From an uncultured Rickettsiales bacterium (GTDB taxonomy: Bacteria > Pseudomonadota > Alphaproteobacteria > Rickettsiales > SXRF01): a DNA stretch of 64,000 nucleotides. A model generated the notes under the pieces. It was not told the origin of the DNA. It saw only the letters and a list, made by a program, of their open reading frames with translations, and did not search any database. The translations under genes were made by a program, and so were the position numbers. Positions 29,698-38,495 of the stretch are shown one piece after another. The DNA lies in the NCBI GenBank assembly GCA_964469525.1, contig CAYXYU010000001.1, positions 266,144-330,143 on the forward strand, given 5' to 3'. The number at the start of each line of letters is the position of its first letter. The first letter of the stretch is position 1.

Positions 29698-31017
29698 TTA
29701 GTGTAGCTTCTCCCCATGGATGGCCAGATCGAGGCCGGCATGTTCGGTCGCTTCGTCAACGCGCAGGCCAATCAGCAGGTCGATGACCTTGAGGATCAGC
29801 CACGACATCACGGCGCAGTAGACGATGGTCACCAGCACGCCCTCGCACTGGGCGAGGAACTGCATGAAGCTGCCGTCCACGCCGCCGCCGGCGCTGGTCG
29901 CCAGGAAGCCGGTGAGCAGCGCGCCGACGATGCCGCCGATGCAGTGCACCCCGAACACGTCGAGCGAGTCGTCATAACCGAACTTGAACTTCAGGCTGCA
30001 GGCATAGAAGCAGACCGCGCCCGCCGCGACGCCGATGATCAGCGCGCCGTTTAAGTCTACGAAACCGGAGGCCGGGGTGATGGCGACCAGCCCGGCGACG
30101 GCACCGGAGATGATGCCGATGACGCTGGGCTTGCCCCGCGTCAGCCATTCCGCCGTCATCCAGGCCAGAGAGGCGGCGGCGGTGGCGACATGCGTGACCA
30201 GCATGGCCATGCCGGCATTGGCATTGGCGGCGACGGCGGAACCGGCGTTGAAGCCGAACCAGCCGACCCACAGCAGGCTGGCGCCGATGACCGAAAATAC
30301 AATGTTATAGGGTGGCGCCATCTCGTCGCGGCCGAAACCTTTGCGATGGCCGAGCACGATCGCGGCGACCAAGCCGGCGATGCCGGCGTTGATATGGACG
30401 ACGGTGCCGCCTGCGAAGTCGAGCGTTGGCCCGAAGCCGAACAGCCCTTTATAGCCTTCGATGCCGAGGCCACCGAGCATGCCGCCCGGCCCCCATACCC
30501 AGTGTGCGATCGGCGCATAAACCAGCGTGAACCATGCAGCGATAAACAGCAACGCCGCCGAGAACTTGATGCGGGTGGCGATCGAGCCGAAGATCAGCGC
30601 ACAGGCGATGATGCCGAACGTCATCTGGAACATCACGAACACGGTTTCCGGAATGGTACCGCTCAAGGAGGCAAGTTCGACCCCCGACAGCATGGATTTG
30701 CTTAAACCCCCGATGAAGCTGCTGCCCTCGGTGAAGATCAGCGAATAGCCGTAGACGACCCAGAGGATGCTCACCAGCGTGACGGCGACGAAGCTCTGCA
30801 TCAGCGTGGCGAGCACGCTTTCCTTGTGCACCATGCCGCCGTAGAACAGCGCCAGGCCGGGGATGGTCATCATGAGCACCAGCAGCGTGGCGACCAGCAT
30901 CCAGGCAGTGTTGCCTGAATCCAGCGCAGGGTCCTGTGCGAGTGCCGGGATGGGAACAGTACAGGAAAGAAAAGCCACAAGGGCAAGAAGGGAGAAGGAA
31001 TAAAAAGCGTTCTTCAT
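29698..31017 (-). CDS. amt: Ammonium transporter (Amt family)
   Basis: The 439-aa product has a signal peptide and 11 TM segments. It carries the DFAGGTVVHINAG and DDSLDVFGVHCIGG motifs. Confidence 0.9.
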   Translation of the reverse strand: MKNAFYSFSLLALVAFLSCTVPIPALAQDPALDSGNTAWMLVATLLVLMMTIPGLALFYGGMVHKESVLATLMQSFVAVTLVSILWVVYGYSLIFTEGSSFIGGLSKSMLSGVELASLSGTIPETVFVMFQMTFGIIACALIFGSIATRIKFSAALLFIAAWFTLVYAPIAHWVWGPGGMLGGLGIEGYKGLFGFGPTLDFAGGTVVHINAGIAGLVAAIVLGHRKGFGRDEMAPPYNIVFSVIGASLLWVGWFGFNAGSAVAANANAGMAMLVTHVATAAASLAWMTAEWLTRGKPSVIGIISGAVAGLVAITPASGFVDLNGALIIGVAAGAVCFYACSLKFKFGYDDSLDVFGVHCIGGIVGALLTGFLATSAGGGVDGSFMQFLAQCEGVLVTIVYCAVMSWLILKVIDLLIGLRVDEATEHAGLDLAIHGEKLH

Positions 31018-31125
31018 CGAATACCCAAGTCAAGGGGTTGATAAAAAACGCCCTGCGAAAATTGTATTAGTTATTTTTTATGTGCCTCCGCTTAACATGC
31101 GAGGGAGGTAATGTCAAAAGAACTC

Positions 31126-31208
31126 GTCATCACCCGAATCACGTCAGCGATTCTACGGTAACCCAGCTAGATTCCCTTAAGATTCGCTGCGCGAATCCGG
31201 GGAATGAC
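31126..31208. repeat. Two-module palindromic element, same family as 3237 and 8999
   Basis: The sequence is GTCATCACCCGAATCACGTCAGCGATTCTACGG followed by AGATTCCCTTAAGATTCGCTGCGCGAATCCGGGGAATGAC. It encodes the last 13 residues and the stop of the 31167..32834 gene. Confidence 0.85.
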
Positions 31209-32834
31209 TAATATAATCCATCCCAGCAGCGCAACGGTGCTCACTCCATAAGCAATCCAAATCAGCAAAGGGTTTCCATGAGTGGCGGCGTAATACAGAG
31301 TAACGCGATGTTCACCTGCAGGAATGTCCAGCAGCATCTGCCCTGTCTGCTCCTGCGGATAAAGTGCCAGCGGTAACTCGCCAGTGTGCGCTTCCCACGC
31401 CGGAAAATGATAATGGTCAATGTGCACCGTCAGATTTTCTTTCGACTTCGTATCAAATACGATGGCGTTTTGGTCGAATTGTTGCAGGGCCAGTTCACCA
31501 GTGCCTTCCGCGATGCGCACGCGCTCCGGCATTTGGTCTTGCCGCTGGAGCATATGCCTAATGGTGAAGTCCTGCTGCGCGATCCACCGCGTGCGGTATT
31601 CGGGCTGCGTTGCGATATTCGCTCCCAGTACCCATTGCCTCCGCTCCTTTGATTCCTCTGCGCGTACTCCGACGACCAGGTACGATAAAAGCACCATCAG
31701 TCCGAGCAGCAGAATAAAATCGGCCTTCCAGGTTTTTAATTTCTTTTCACCTGCGAAGTGCTGCATCCATACTGCTGCCAGGAAGGTCAGCGTAACCATG
31801 AATATGGCTTGCATCCGCCAGGGAAAGAAAACCTGCTGCAGTGGGCCGAGCAATTCATACAACGGCTTGCTGACCGGGAAAAGCAGCAGCATGGCAACCA
31901 GCGATGCCCCGATCCATGCGATGACTTCGCGGCGCACGAAGATGTCACGAATGTGCTGCCGTTTTGCCAGCATGTAGATGGAAAACACCAGCAGTGCGAG
32001 CAGCGTGATGGCGATGGCGAGCACGATGCGCCCCTGCGCCAGCTCGGTAAGGTTATAATGCGAGAGGAATGTGTTCGGCCAGCCTCGCGGTCCGGCCACC
32101 AGATCAGGCGGCGCCATGAACTGCCGATAGTAGATGGCTGGCACGAGGTAAAAGGCGGCCAACGCAGCTCCCCATATCAGTGCTGCGTCGTAGCGCCATT
32201 TCGACAGCCACCCTCCCCACGCCACAATAAGGAGATAGGTTCCGCTGGCCACGATGGCTACTACTGCACCAGGCATATGGGTGAGAAACGTCAGGCCGAA
32301 GGTAACGGATAGCGGTAACAGCGCACGATGATTGTCGAGAGCGATCCGGCGGGTATATTTCAGCACCAGCGGCAGCGGCGCCAGGAGCCATATCTCCGCA
32401 TGTGCGGTGCGGAACAGCATGGCTTCCATGCGGTAGGGCATGAAGATGAAGAGCAGCGCGGCCAGCAGCGCCCGCCCAGGGGTGACAATATCCTTCAGCC
32501 AGCTGTAGCAGGCGAGGCCGGTAACGAAGGTGGCCAGTCCCATGCTGATGCCGTACAGACCGTAGAGCGAGATGCCCAGATGCGTCAGCGGATACAGCAA
32601 TGAAGCGATGTAATATGGCAGGGGAAAGTAAAAGAAGAATACTGGCGAACCCAGCCCGGCATTGGCTTTCATGCACCAGCGCGGGTACAGGTCGCCCTGC
32701 CAGAACTGGCCGGCGAAGCAGTCGATCAGCATCATATGCAGATCGATGTCACCGCCGAGGTCGAACAGGGCGATGGGAAGAATGTTGAGGAGAGAGGCGA
32801 GGAAGAGGATGGAGAGAAGGACTTTATGTAACAT
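31167..32834 (-). CDS. Large polytopic membrane protein, possibly a GT-C-like glycosyltransferase
   Basis: The 555-aa product has about 12 N-terminal TM helices, a GDLYPRW motif and a C-terminal soluble domain plus a final TM. The function is not firmly recognised. The C-terminal VIPRIRAANLKGI and the TAG stop are repeat-encoded. Confidence 0.5.
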   Translation of the reverse strand: MLHKVLLSILFLASLLNILPIALFDLGGDIDLHMMLIDCFAGQFWQGDLYPRWCMKANAGLGSPVFFFYFPLPYYIASLLYPLTHLGISLYGLYGISMGLATFVTGLACYSWLKDIVTPGRALLAALLFIFMPYRMEAMLFRTAHAEIWLLAPLPLVLKYTRRIALDNHRALLPLSVTFGLTFLTHMPGAVVAIVASGTYLLIVAWGGWLSKWRYDAALIWGAALAAFYLVPAIYYRQFMAPPDLVAGPRGWPNTFLSHYNLTELAQGRIVLAIAITLLALLVFSIYMLAKRQHIRDIFVRREVIAWIGASLVAMLLLFPVSKPLYELLGPLQQVFFPWRMQAIFMVTLTFLAAVWMQHFAGEKKLKTWKADFILLLGLMVLLSYLVVGVRAEESKERRQWVLGANIATQPEYRTRWIAQQDFTIRHMLQRQDQMPERVRIAEGTGELALQQFDQNAIVFDTKSKENLTVHIDHYHFPAWEAHTGELPLALYPQEQTGQMLLDIPAGEHRVTLYYAATHGNPLLIWIAYGVSTVALLGWIILVIPRIRAANLKGI

Positions 32835-32857
32835 GCCGGTCTCTTTATTCTTATCTT

Positions 32858-32929
32858 GTCACTCCTGCGTAAGCAGGAGTTTTGCTGATTGCCTTAAATA
32901 AGCAAGCCCCCTGCTTTCGCAGGGGTGAC
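32858..32929. repeat. 72-bp two-hairpin palindromic element of the GTCAC...GTGAC variant
   Basis: The sequence is GTCACTCCTGCGTAAGCAGGAGT, then the spacer with palindrome TTGCTGATTGCCTTAAATAAGCAA, then GCCCCCTGCTTTCGCAGGGGTGAC. It ends 4 nt from the metC stop. Confidence 0.8.
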
Positions 32930-32933
32930 AATT

Positions 32934-34100
32934 TTACCCCTTCTTCAGCCGCGCCAGTCCCGCTTCAAGATCACGGATCAGATCATCGGGATGCTCAAGG
33001 CCGATATGGATGCGCAGCGCCTGCCCCTTATAGGGCCACTTGCTGACCGAGCGAATCTTGGTGGGGTAGAAGGGGATCATCAGGCTTTCGAACCCGCCCC
33101 AGCTGTAACCCATGCCGAAGAGTTCCATGTTGTCCAGCATGGCGGCGAGCTGCGCCGTGCTGGCAGGTTCCTTCAGCACGAAGGCAAACAGGCTGCAGGC
33201 GCCCGTGAAGTCGCGCTTCCACAGCTCATGGCCGGGCGCGCCTTCCAGCGCCGGGTGCAGTACCGCCTCGACCTCCGGCCGACCGCGCAGCCAACGGGCC
33301 ACGGTGAGCCCCTGCTCGTACTGCTGTTTCAGCCGCACGGCCATGGTGCGCAGCCCTCGCTGTGCGAGGTAGCAGTTATCCGCGCTGGGATTGCCGCCAG
33401 TGTTTCGGAAGGTACGCAGCAGCGGCGGATAATGCTCGTTCTTGCAGGAAACGACGCCCATTACCAGGTCGGAATGGCCGGAAATGTATTTGGTGGCAGA
33501 GTGGATGGAAATATCGACGCCGAGTTCGAAAGATTTCATGTAAAGCGGAGTACCCCAGGTGTTGTCGCCGATGACGATGCAGTTCTTCTCATGCGCCGCC
33601 TTGGCAATGGCGGGAATGTCCTGCACCTCAAAGGTAAGCGATCCCGGACTTTCAACATAAACCACACGGGTATTGCTCTTGATCAGCGAAGCGATGTCCC
33701 TTCCAATCAGCGGATCGTAATAAGTGACCTCGACGCCGAAGCGTTTCATCTCATAATCACAAAAGCGCCGCGCCGGGCCATAAACGCTGTCGACCATCAG
33801 CAGGTGGTCGCCGTTTTTAAGGAAAGCCAGCAGGGACAGCACGATGGCCGCCAGCCCCGACGACAGCACGATGGCCTGGTCGGCTCCTTCCAGCTCGGCG
33901 AGGCTGCGTTCCAGCGTATCGCTGGATACGGTACCGTAGCGCCCGTAGGTGGCATAAGGGCAGTCGCCGCGTTCGGCGGCCTCGAAGGCGGCCAGCGTCG
34001 GGAACAGGATGGTCGAGGCACGGTAAGGTGGGGTATTGACAGCGCCGCGGTGAATATCGGGGGCGCAGCCGAGGGTAGCGAGAAGCGTTTCGGTTTTCAT
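32934..34100 (-). CDS. metC: Cystathionine beta-lyase (PLP-dependent, Cys/Met metabolism family)
   Basis: The 388-aa product has the PLP-lysine context SATKYISGHSD and the N-terminal pattern NTPPYRASTILF. Confidence 0.82.
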   Translation of the reverse strand: MKTETLLATLGCAPDIHRGAVNTPPYRASTILFPTLAAFEAAERGDCPYATYGRYGTVSSDTLERSLAELEGADQAIVLSSGLAAIVLSLLAFLKNGDHLLMVDSVYGPARRFCDYEMKRFGVEVTYYDPLIGRDIASLIKSNTRVVYVESPGSLTFEVQDIPAIAKAAHEKNCIVIGDNTWGTPLYMKSFELGVDISIHSATKYISGHSDLVMGVVSCKNEHYPPLLRTFRNTGGNPSADNCYLAQRGLRTMAVRLKQQYEQGLTVARWLRGRPEVEAVLHPALEGAPGHELWKRDFTGACSLFAFVLKEPASTAQLAAMLDNMELFGMGYSWGGFESLMIPFYPTKIRSVSKWPYKGQALRIHIGLEHPDDLIRDLEAGLARLKKG

Positions 34101-34199
34101 GAATCAGGCAATGGTTGAAAGGGCAGGTTGCGGAAACATCACCCGATAATCACTGCGACAGAAGGTCTTGTCAACCGCTAAGCCCTTGTCCTGCCGCTT

Positions 34200-34628
34200 T
34201 CAGATAAACATGCGGTAGGACAAGCCGACCACAACATCGGTGACACCCCGTTTCTCATTGCCGAAGGGAAGAAAGCAGGAGCGGTACTTGACCATCTTGC
34301 CGTCAGACGTGAGAAAATGCCCCTCGCCCTCGATGGCGCTCTGGGTCTTAATGACGTCCGGCAGTTCTTTGGTAAGCGTGGAAGGGAAGTGCTTGACTTG
34401 TGTATTGATTTCGCGGCCTGTCATATCCTGCCCGCAGATGGCGATGATCGGGGCGCCCATATAATCGAACTTGTAGAGGCTGCCCTTGATGCCGATCCTG
34501 AAGCAGTTGGGCCATAAATCCTCAATCACAGACGTATTAAGGTGCTGGATTTCGGGCATTGGCTTGTCGCCGCGCAGGCGATTCCAGTAATGCAGCATGC
34601 GCGCGGCCAGCCGTTGGTCTTGTTGCAT
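34200..34628 (-). CDS. PAS_5 (PF07310-like) domain protein
   Basis: The small product has the LHYWNRLRGDKPMPEIQHLN...FRIG...YKFDYMGAPI pattern typical of alphaproteobacterial PAS fold-5 proteins. The start is taken at the ATG at 34628; the track uses a TTG at 34646. Confidence 0.65.
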   Translation of the reverse strand: MQQDQRLAARMLHYWNRLRGDKPMPEIQHLNTSVIEDLWPNCFRIGIKGSLYKFDYMGAPIIAICGQDMTGREINTQVKHFPSTLTKELPDVIKTQSAIEGEGHFLTSDGKMVKYRSCFLPFGNEKRGVTDVVVGLSYRMFI

Positions 34629-34701
34629 CACGATCCTATATTGCAAGCGGCGGGTAAAGACGTTAGAAATCTTACTCTTTCACCGATAATGAATCGTTAA
34701 T

Positions 34702-37700
34702 ATGGCTAAACACTATTACCCTGAGGTCGATCCCAACCCCGATTTCTCTGTCATTGAAAAGGCAGTGCTGGCCTACTGGAAAAAGGAAAAACTATTTGAA
34801 AAATCAGTGGATGCCCGTCCTGCTTGCAAGAATAGCGAGCTCAATGAGTTCATTTTTTACGATGGTCCGCCCTTTGCCAACGGCCTGCCGCATTACGGCC
34901 ACCTGCTCACCGGCTATGTAAAGGATTTATTCGCCCGCTACCAGACCATGAAGGGCAAGCGCGTCGAGCGCCGCTTCGGCTGGGACTGCCACGGCCTGCC
35001 GGCGGAAATGGGTAGCGAAAAAGAGCTGGGCATTTCCGGTCGCGCCGCCATCACCAATTTCGGCATCGGCAAATTCAACGAGCATTGCCGTACCTCGGTG
35101 ATGAAATACACGCAGGAATGGGAAGAATACGTGACGCGCCAGGCGCGCTGGGTGGATTTCAAGAACGACTACAAAACCATGGACATCAACTTCATGGAGT
35201 CCGTGCTGTGGGCGTTCAAGCAGCTTTATGATAAAGGCCTGGTGTTTGAAGCCTATCGCGTGATGCCCTATTCCTGGGCCGCCGAAACGCCGCTTTCGAA
35301 TTTTGAAACCAAGCTCGATAATTCGTACCGCGAACGCGAGGACAAAGCCATCACCGTGGCGTTTGAACTCAACACGCCGCCGCACGGTGCACCGAAAGCC
35401 GATAAATATTATGTGCTGGCATGGACGACCACGCCATGGACACTTCCGAGTAACCTGGCCTTGGCGGTGAATGCAGAAAATGAGTATGTGTGCATTCGTC
35501 ATTCCCGCGAAAGCGGGAATCCAGTTTGTTATATTATAGGTGCTAACGCTGTAGCTAGATATGCAAAAGAATTTGGTGATGCCGAAGGAAAAGTAAGTGT
35601 GGATTCCCGCTTTCGCGGGAATGACGTGGTAGGATTAAGCTACCACCCCCTCTTCCCGTACTTTGCCTCGCATAAGCATTCGTTCAAGATTCTGGATGGC
35701 TCGTCGTTCGTTAGCGATGCCGACGGTACCGGCATCGTGCATATGGCGCCGGGGTTCGGTGAGGACGACCAGAAGGTGTGCGAGGCGAACGGTATCGAAA
35801 TCGTCGTGCCGGTCGATGGGCAGGGCAAATTCACCGACAAGATATACGATATTCCCTATCCTCGTCATTCCCGCGAAGGCGGGAATCCATACTCTGAGAC
35901 GGTGGTTATGGACCCCCGCCTGCGCGGGGGTGACGAAGTATTGAGTCTCAAAGGCCTCAACGTCATCGCCGAGCCGGGCGGCAGCAAGTTCGGTTTGGCC
36001 AATGACAGAATCATTGATTACCTCAAGGCCACCGGCCAGCTTATCAAGCAGGAGCAGATCAAGCACAACTACCCGCATTGCTGGCGCACCGACACGCCGC
36101 TGATTTACCGCGCCATGCCGAGCTGGTATGTCGAGGTGACTAAATTCCGCGACCGTGCGGTGGAGATGAACAAGCAGATCAACTGGATTCCCGCGCACAT
36201 CCGCGACGGGCAGATGGGGCATATGCTGGCCACCGCGCCTGACTGGTCGATTTCGCGTAACCGCTTCTGGGGCACGCCGATACCGGTGTGGCGCTCCAAA
36301 TCCGGTAAGATAAAAGTGTTCGGCAGCATCGCCGAAATCGAAAAAGCCAGCGGCCAGAAAGTCAAAGACCTGCACCGCCCGTATATCGACGAGATCGTCA
36401 TCCACGAGGGCGGTGAGGAATACCGCCGCGTCGAGGACGTGTTCGATTGCTGGTTCGAATCGGGCAGCATGCCGTTCGCGCAGGTGCATTATCCGTTCGA
36501 GAACAAGGACTGGTTCGAGGCGCATTTCCCGGCCGATTTCATCACCGAATATGTCGGCCAGACGCGCGGCTGGTTCAATACGCTCATCATGCTGTCGACG
36601 GCGCTATTCGACAAGCCACCCTTTCAGAATTGCGTGTGCCACGGCGTGGTGCTCGATTCGGAAACCGGCCTGAAATATTCCAAGCGCCTGAAGAATTACA
36701 AGGACCCGATGGAAGTGATGGACAAGTTCGGGGCCGACGCGCTGCGCTGGCTGATGATTTCCTCGCCCGTGATGCGCGGCATGGACCTCTCGGTTGATCC
36801 TGAAGGCAAATTTATCCGCGACGTGGTGCGCCTGGCCATCAAGCCGATCTGGAACGCGTATAATTTCTTCTGCTTGTACGCGAATGCGGATGGCATCAAG
36901 GCGAAATTCTTAATTGATTCAGAGAATGGAATGGATCGGCATATTTTAGCCAAGTGTAAGCAAACAGTGGAAAGCATTGAACAATCGCTTGATGTGTACG
37001 ATACGCCCAGTGCTTGTGATGCCGTATCTGTCTTTTTCGAGGTGCTTAACAACTGGTACATTCGTCGCAGTAAAACACGTTTCTGGGCTGAAGAAAAAAC
37101 CCAAAGCAAGCAAGAAGCTTATGACACGCTGTATACAGTACTTGTAATAATTTGTCGCGCAGCTGCCCCTCTTTTGCCCATGACATTAGAAGAAATCCAC
37201 CGTGGCCTTACTGGTGAAGAGAGTGTTCATTTGATGGATTTCCCAGATGTAAAAAGTCTCAATGTGGATGAAAACCTGGCAAGAGAAATGGATTTCGCAA
37301 GAGACATTTGCAATGCTGCACTTGCAGTACGCAATGCTGCTAATATTCGTGTGAGGCAACCGCTTGGTAAAATGACCTTGGTTGGTAATCGGCAGTTTCC
37401 ACTTGGTTTGGGAGCAATAATAGCAGATGAAATAAACATAAAGAATTTTTCTAATTCAAAAGATCTTAAACAATACGCCACTCTCAAACTCTCCATCAAC
37501 AACCCCGTCCTCGGCAAGCGCCTTCCTGCCCTGATGAAGCAGATTATTCCTGCTTCCAAGAAGGGTGAGTGGAAACAGGTGGACGGCACGGTGGAAATTT
37601 GCGGTGAGAAGCTGCTGCCTGGTGAATTCACGTTGCAACTCGAACCCAAGCCCGAATACAAGGACCGGGCGCAGGCACTCTCTACCAACGATGCGCTGGT

Positions 37701-37995
37701 GATCCTCGATACCACCATCACGCCCGAGCTTGAGGCCGAGGGCATCGCGCGCGACCTGGTGCGCATGGTCCAGCAGGCGCGCAAGGATGCGGCGCTGGAT
37801 GTATCGGACAGGATCCGGCTGCACATCGGCGCGCCGGAGCCGATCGCCAAAGCGGTGGCGGCGCATAAATCATATGTCATGGAGCAGACGCTGTCGGTCG
37901 AGCTTTCCGAGAAAAAACCGGAGCCGGCCATCTTCTCTACCGAGAACACGCTCGACGACCAGAAGGTGATTATTTCCTTTGCCATTGCGGCCTAA
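34702..37995 (+). CDS. ileS: Isoleucine--tRNA ligase, type 2 (eukaryote-like), carrying two in-frame repeat insertions
   Basis: The 1097-aa product has the HYGH (HIGH-class) motif in PPFANGLPHYGHLLTGY, a KMSKS-class motif (KYSKRLKN), and IleRS editing and anticodon-binding regions. It stays open through the repeats at 35498..35625 and 35864..35934. Confidence 0.92.
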   Translation: MAKHYYPEVDPNPDFSVIEKAVLAYWKKEKLFEKSVDARPACKNSELNEFIFYDGPPFANGLPHYGHLLTGYVKDLFARYQTMKGKRVERRFGWDCHGLPAEMGSEKELGISGRAAITNFGIGKFNEHCRTSVMKYTQEWEEYVTRQARWVDFKNDYKTMDINFMESVLWAFKQLYDKGLVFEAYRVMPYSWAAETPLSNFETKLDNSYREREDKAITVAFELNTPPHGAPKADKYYVLAWTTTPWTLPSNLALAVNAENEYVCIRHSRESGNPVCYIIGANAVARYAKEFGDAEGKVSVDSRFRGNDVVGLSYHPLFPYFASHKHSFKILDGSSFVSDADGTGIVHMAPGFGEDDQKVCEANGIEIVVPVDGQGKFTDKIYDIPYPRHSREGGNPYSETVVMDPRLRGGDEVLSLKGLNVIAEPGGSKFGLANDRIIDYLKATGQLIKQEQIKHNYPHCWRTDTPLIYRAMPSWYVEVTKFRDRAVEMNKQINWIPAHIRDGQMGHMLATAPDWSISRNRFWGTPIPVWRSKSGKIKVFGSIAEIEKASGQKVKDLHRPYIDEIVIHEGGEEYRRVEDVFDCWFESGSMPFAQVHYPFENKDWFEAHFPADFITEYVGQTRGWFNTLIMLSTALFDKPPFQNCVCHGVVLDSETGLKYSKRLKNYKDPMEVMDKFGADALRWLMISSPVMRGMDLSVDPEGKFIRDVVRLAIKPIWNAYNFFCLYANADGIKAKFLIDSENGMDRHILAKCKQTVESIEQSLDVYDTPSACDAVSVFFEVLNNWYIRRSKTRFWAEEKTQSKQEAYDTLYTVLVIICRAAAPLLPMTLEEIHRGLTGEESVHLMDFPDVKSLNVDENLAREMDFARDICNAALAVRNAANIRVRQPLGKMTLVGNRQFPLGLGAIIADEINIKNFSNSKDLKQYATLKLSINNPVLGKRLPALMKQIIPASKKGEWKQVDGTVEICGEKLLPGEFTLQLEPKPEYKDRAQALSTNDALVILDTTITPELEAEGIARDLVRMVQQARKDAALDVSDRIRLHIGAPEPIAKAVAAHKSYVMEQTLSVELSEKKPEPAIFSTENTLDDQKVIISFAIAA
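35498..35625 (+). repeat. 128-bp two-hairpin element inserted in frame in ileS
   Basis: GTCATTCCCGCGAAAGCGGGAATCCAG is followed by a 74-nt spacer of 36% GC and then GGATTCCCGCTTTCGCGGGAATGAC. It is translated as RHSRESGNPVCYIIGANAVARYAKEFGDAEGKVSVDSRFRGND (43 codons, 35497-35625). Confidence 0.85.
35864..35934 (+). repeat. 71-bp two-hairpin element inserted in frame in ileS
   Basis: GTCATTCCCGCGAAGGCGGGAATCCAT is followed by a spacer and then GACCCCCGCCTGCGCGGGGGTGAC. It is translated as [24 protein letters not shown] (24 codons, 35863-35934). Orientation and reading frame match the first insertion. Confidence 0.88.
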
Positions 37996-38127
37996 GGTAT
38001 TGATTGTTAAACCGTACTGGCAAGCCAAGTTTTTGTTTCTGTAACAAAAACTTCATATAACGCGGCTTTTGCCGATCCCCTCTTTGGAGTAATATTAAGA
38101 AAATACAGCCATTAGAGGAGCAATCAC

Positions 38128-38481
38128 ATGGCGGAAGGTCGCGAATATAAAGGTCCTGGTAAAATTACCGGCGCGGTTGGCAGAGGTGCCGCCGAGGGCG
38201 GTATTCTTGCCGGTATCGGCGCTGCCATCGGTGGACTGATCGGCTGGAAGTTCGGTAATGCCAAAGCGGGCGCCAAGTGGGGTGCCGGAATTGGTGCAGC
38301 CGCCGGCGGCGCGCATGGCGCCTATGCCGGTATGTCGAATGTCGGCGCCGCGAAAGAACAGCTGACGGATACGCAGGCCGCGCTCGATGAGGCGAATGTC
38401 GAGCTGGAGCAGAAAGGCCAGTTCGTCCAGAAGCTGCTGGCGGAACGCAGCCAGCCGAAAACCCCCGGACGTGCGGCATAA
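38128..38481 (+). CDS. Glycine-zipper small membrane protein, paralog 1 (hypothetical)
   Basis: The 117-aa ORF has a strong GAGGAG Shine-Dalgarno sequence. An N-terminal YKGPG-x3-AVGRG box is followed by two Gly/Ala-rich hydrophobic segments, a GGAHGAYAGMSN box and a charged helical tail. Confidence 0.7.
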   Translation: MAEGREYKGPGKITGAVGRGAAEGGILAGIGAAIGGLIGWKFGNAKAGAKWGAGIGAAAGGAHGAYAGMSNVGAAKEQLTDTQAALDEANVELEQKGQFVQKLLAERSQPKTPGRAA

Positions 38482-38495
38482 GAAGGAGGACGGCC

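Noticed and set aside
31018-31125. A sigma-54 (TGGCAC-N5-TTGC) promoter or NtrC site upstream of amt.
   Set aside because: I looked for the -24/-12 consensus on the minus strand and found only a GGCAC without a correctly spaced TTGC. No glnK is present either, so I make no call.
32925-34118. A 397-aa plus-strand ORF.
   Set aside because: It is exactly antisense to metC, which has the PLP-lysine motif. The ORF is Arg/Gly/Ala-rich and low in complexity. The same reasoning applies to other long antisense ORFs, including 23358..24188, 35635..36525, 39604..40416, 52393..53325, 11471..12268, 15185..15961 and 37227..37985.
34101-34199. A SAM-II-type riboswitch in the metC leader.
   Set aside because: I could not identify the conserved pseudoknot elements, such as AAAGCU-type boxes, by eye. 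A covariance-model scan would be needed before any claim.
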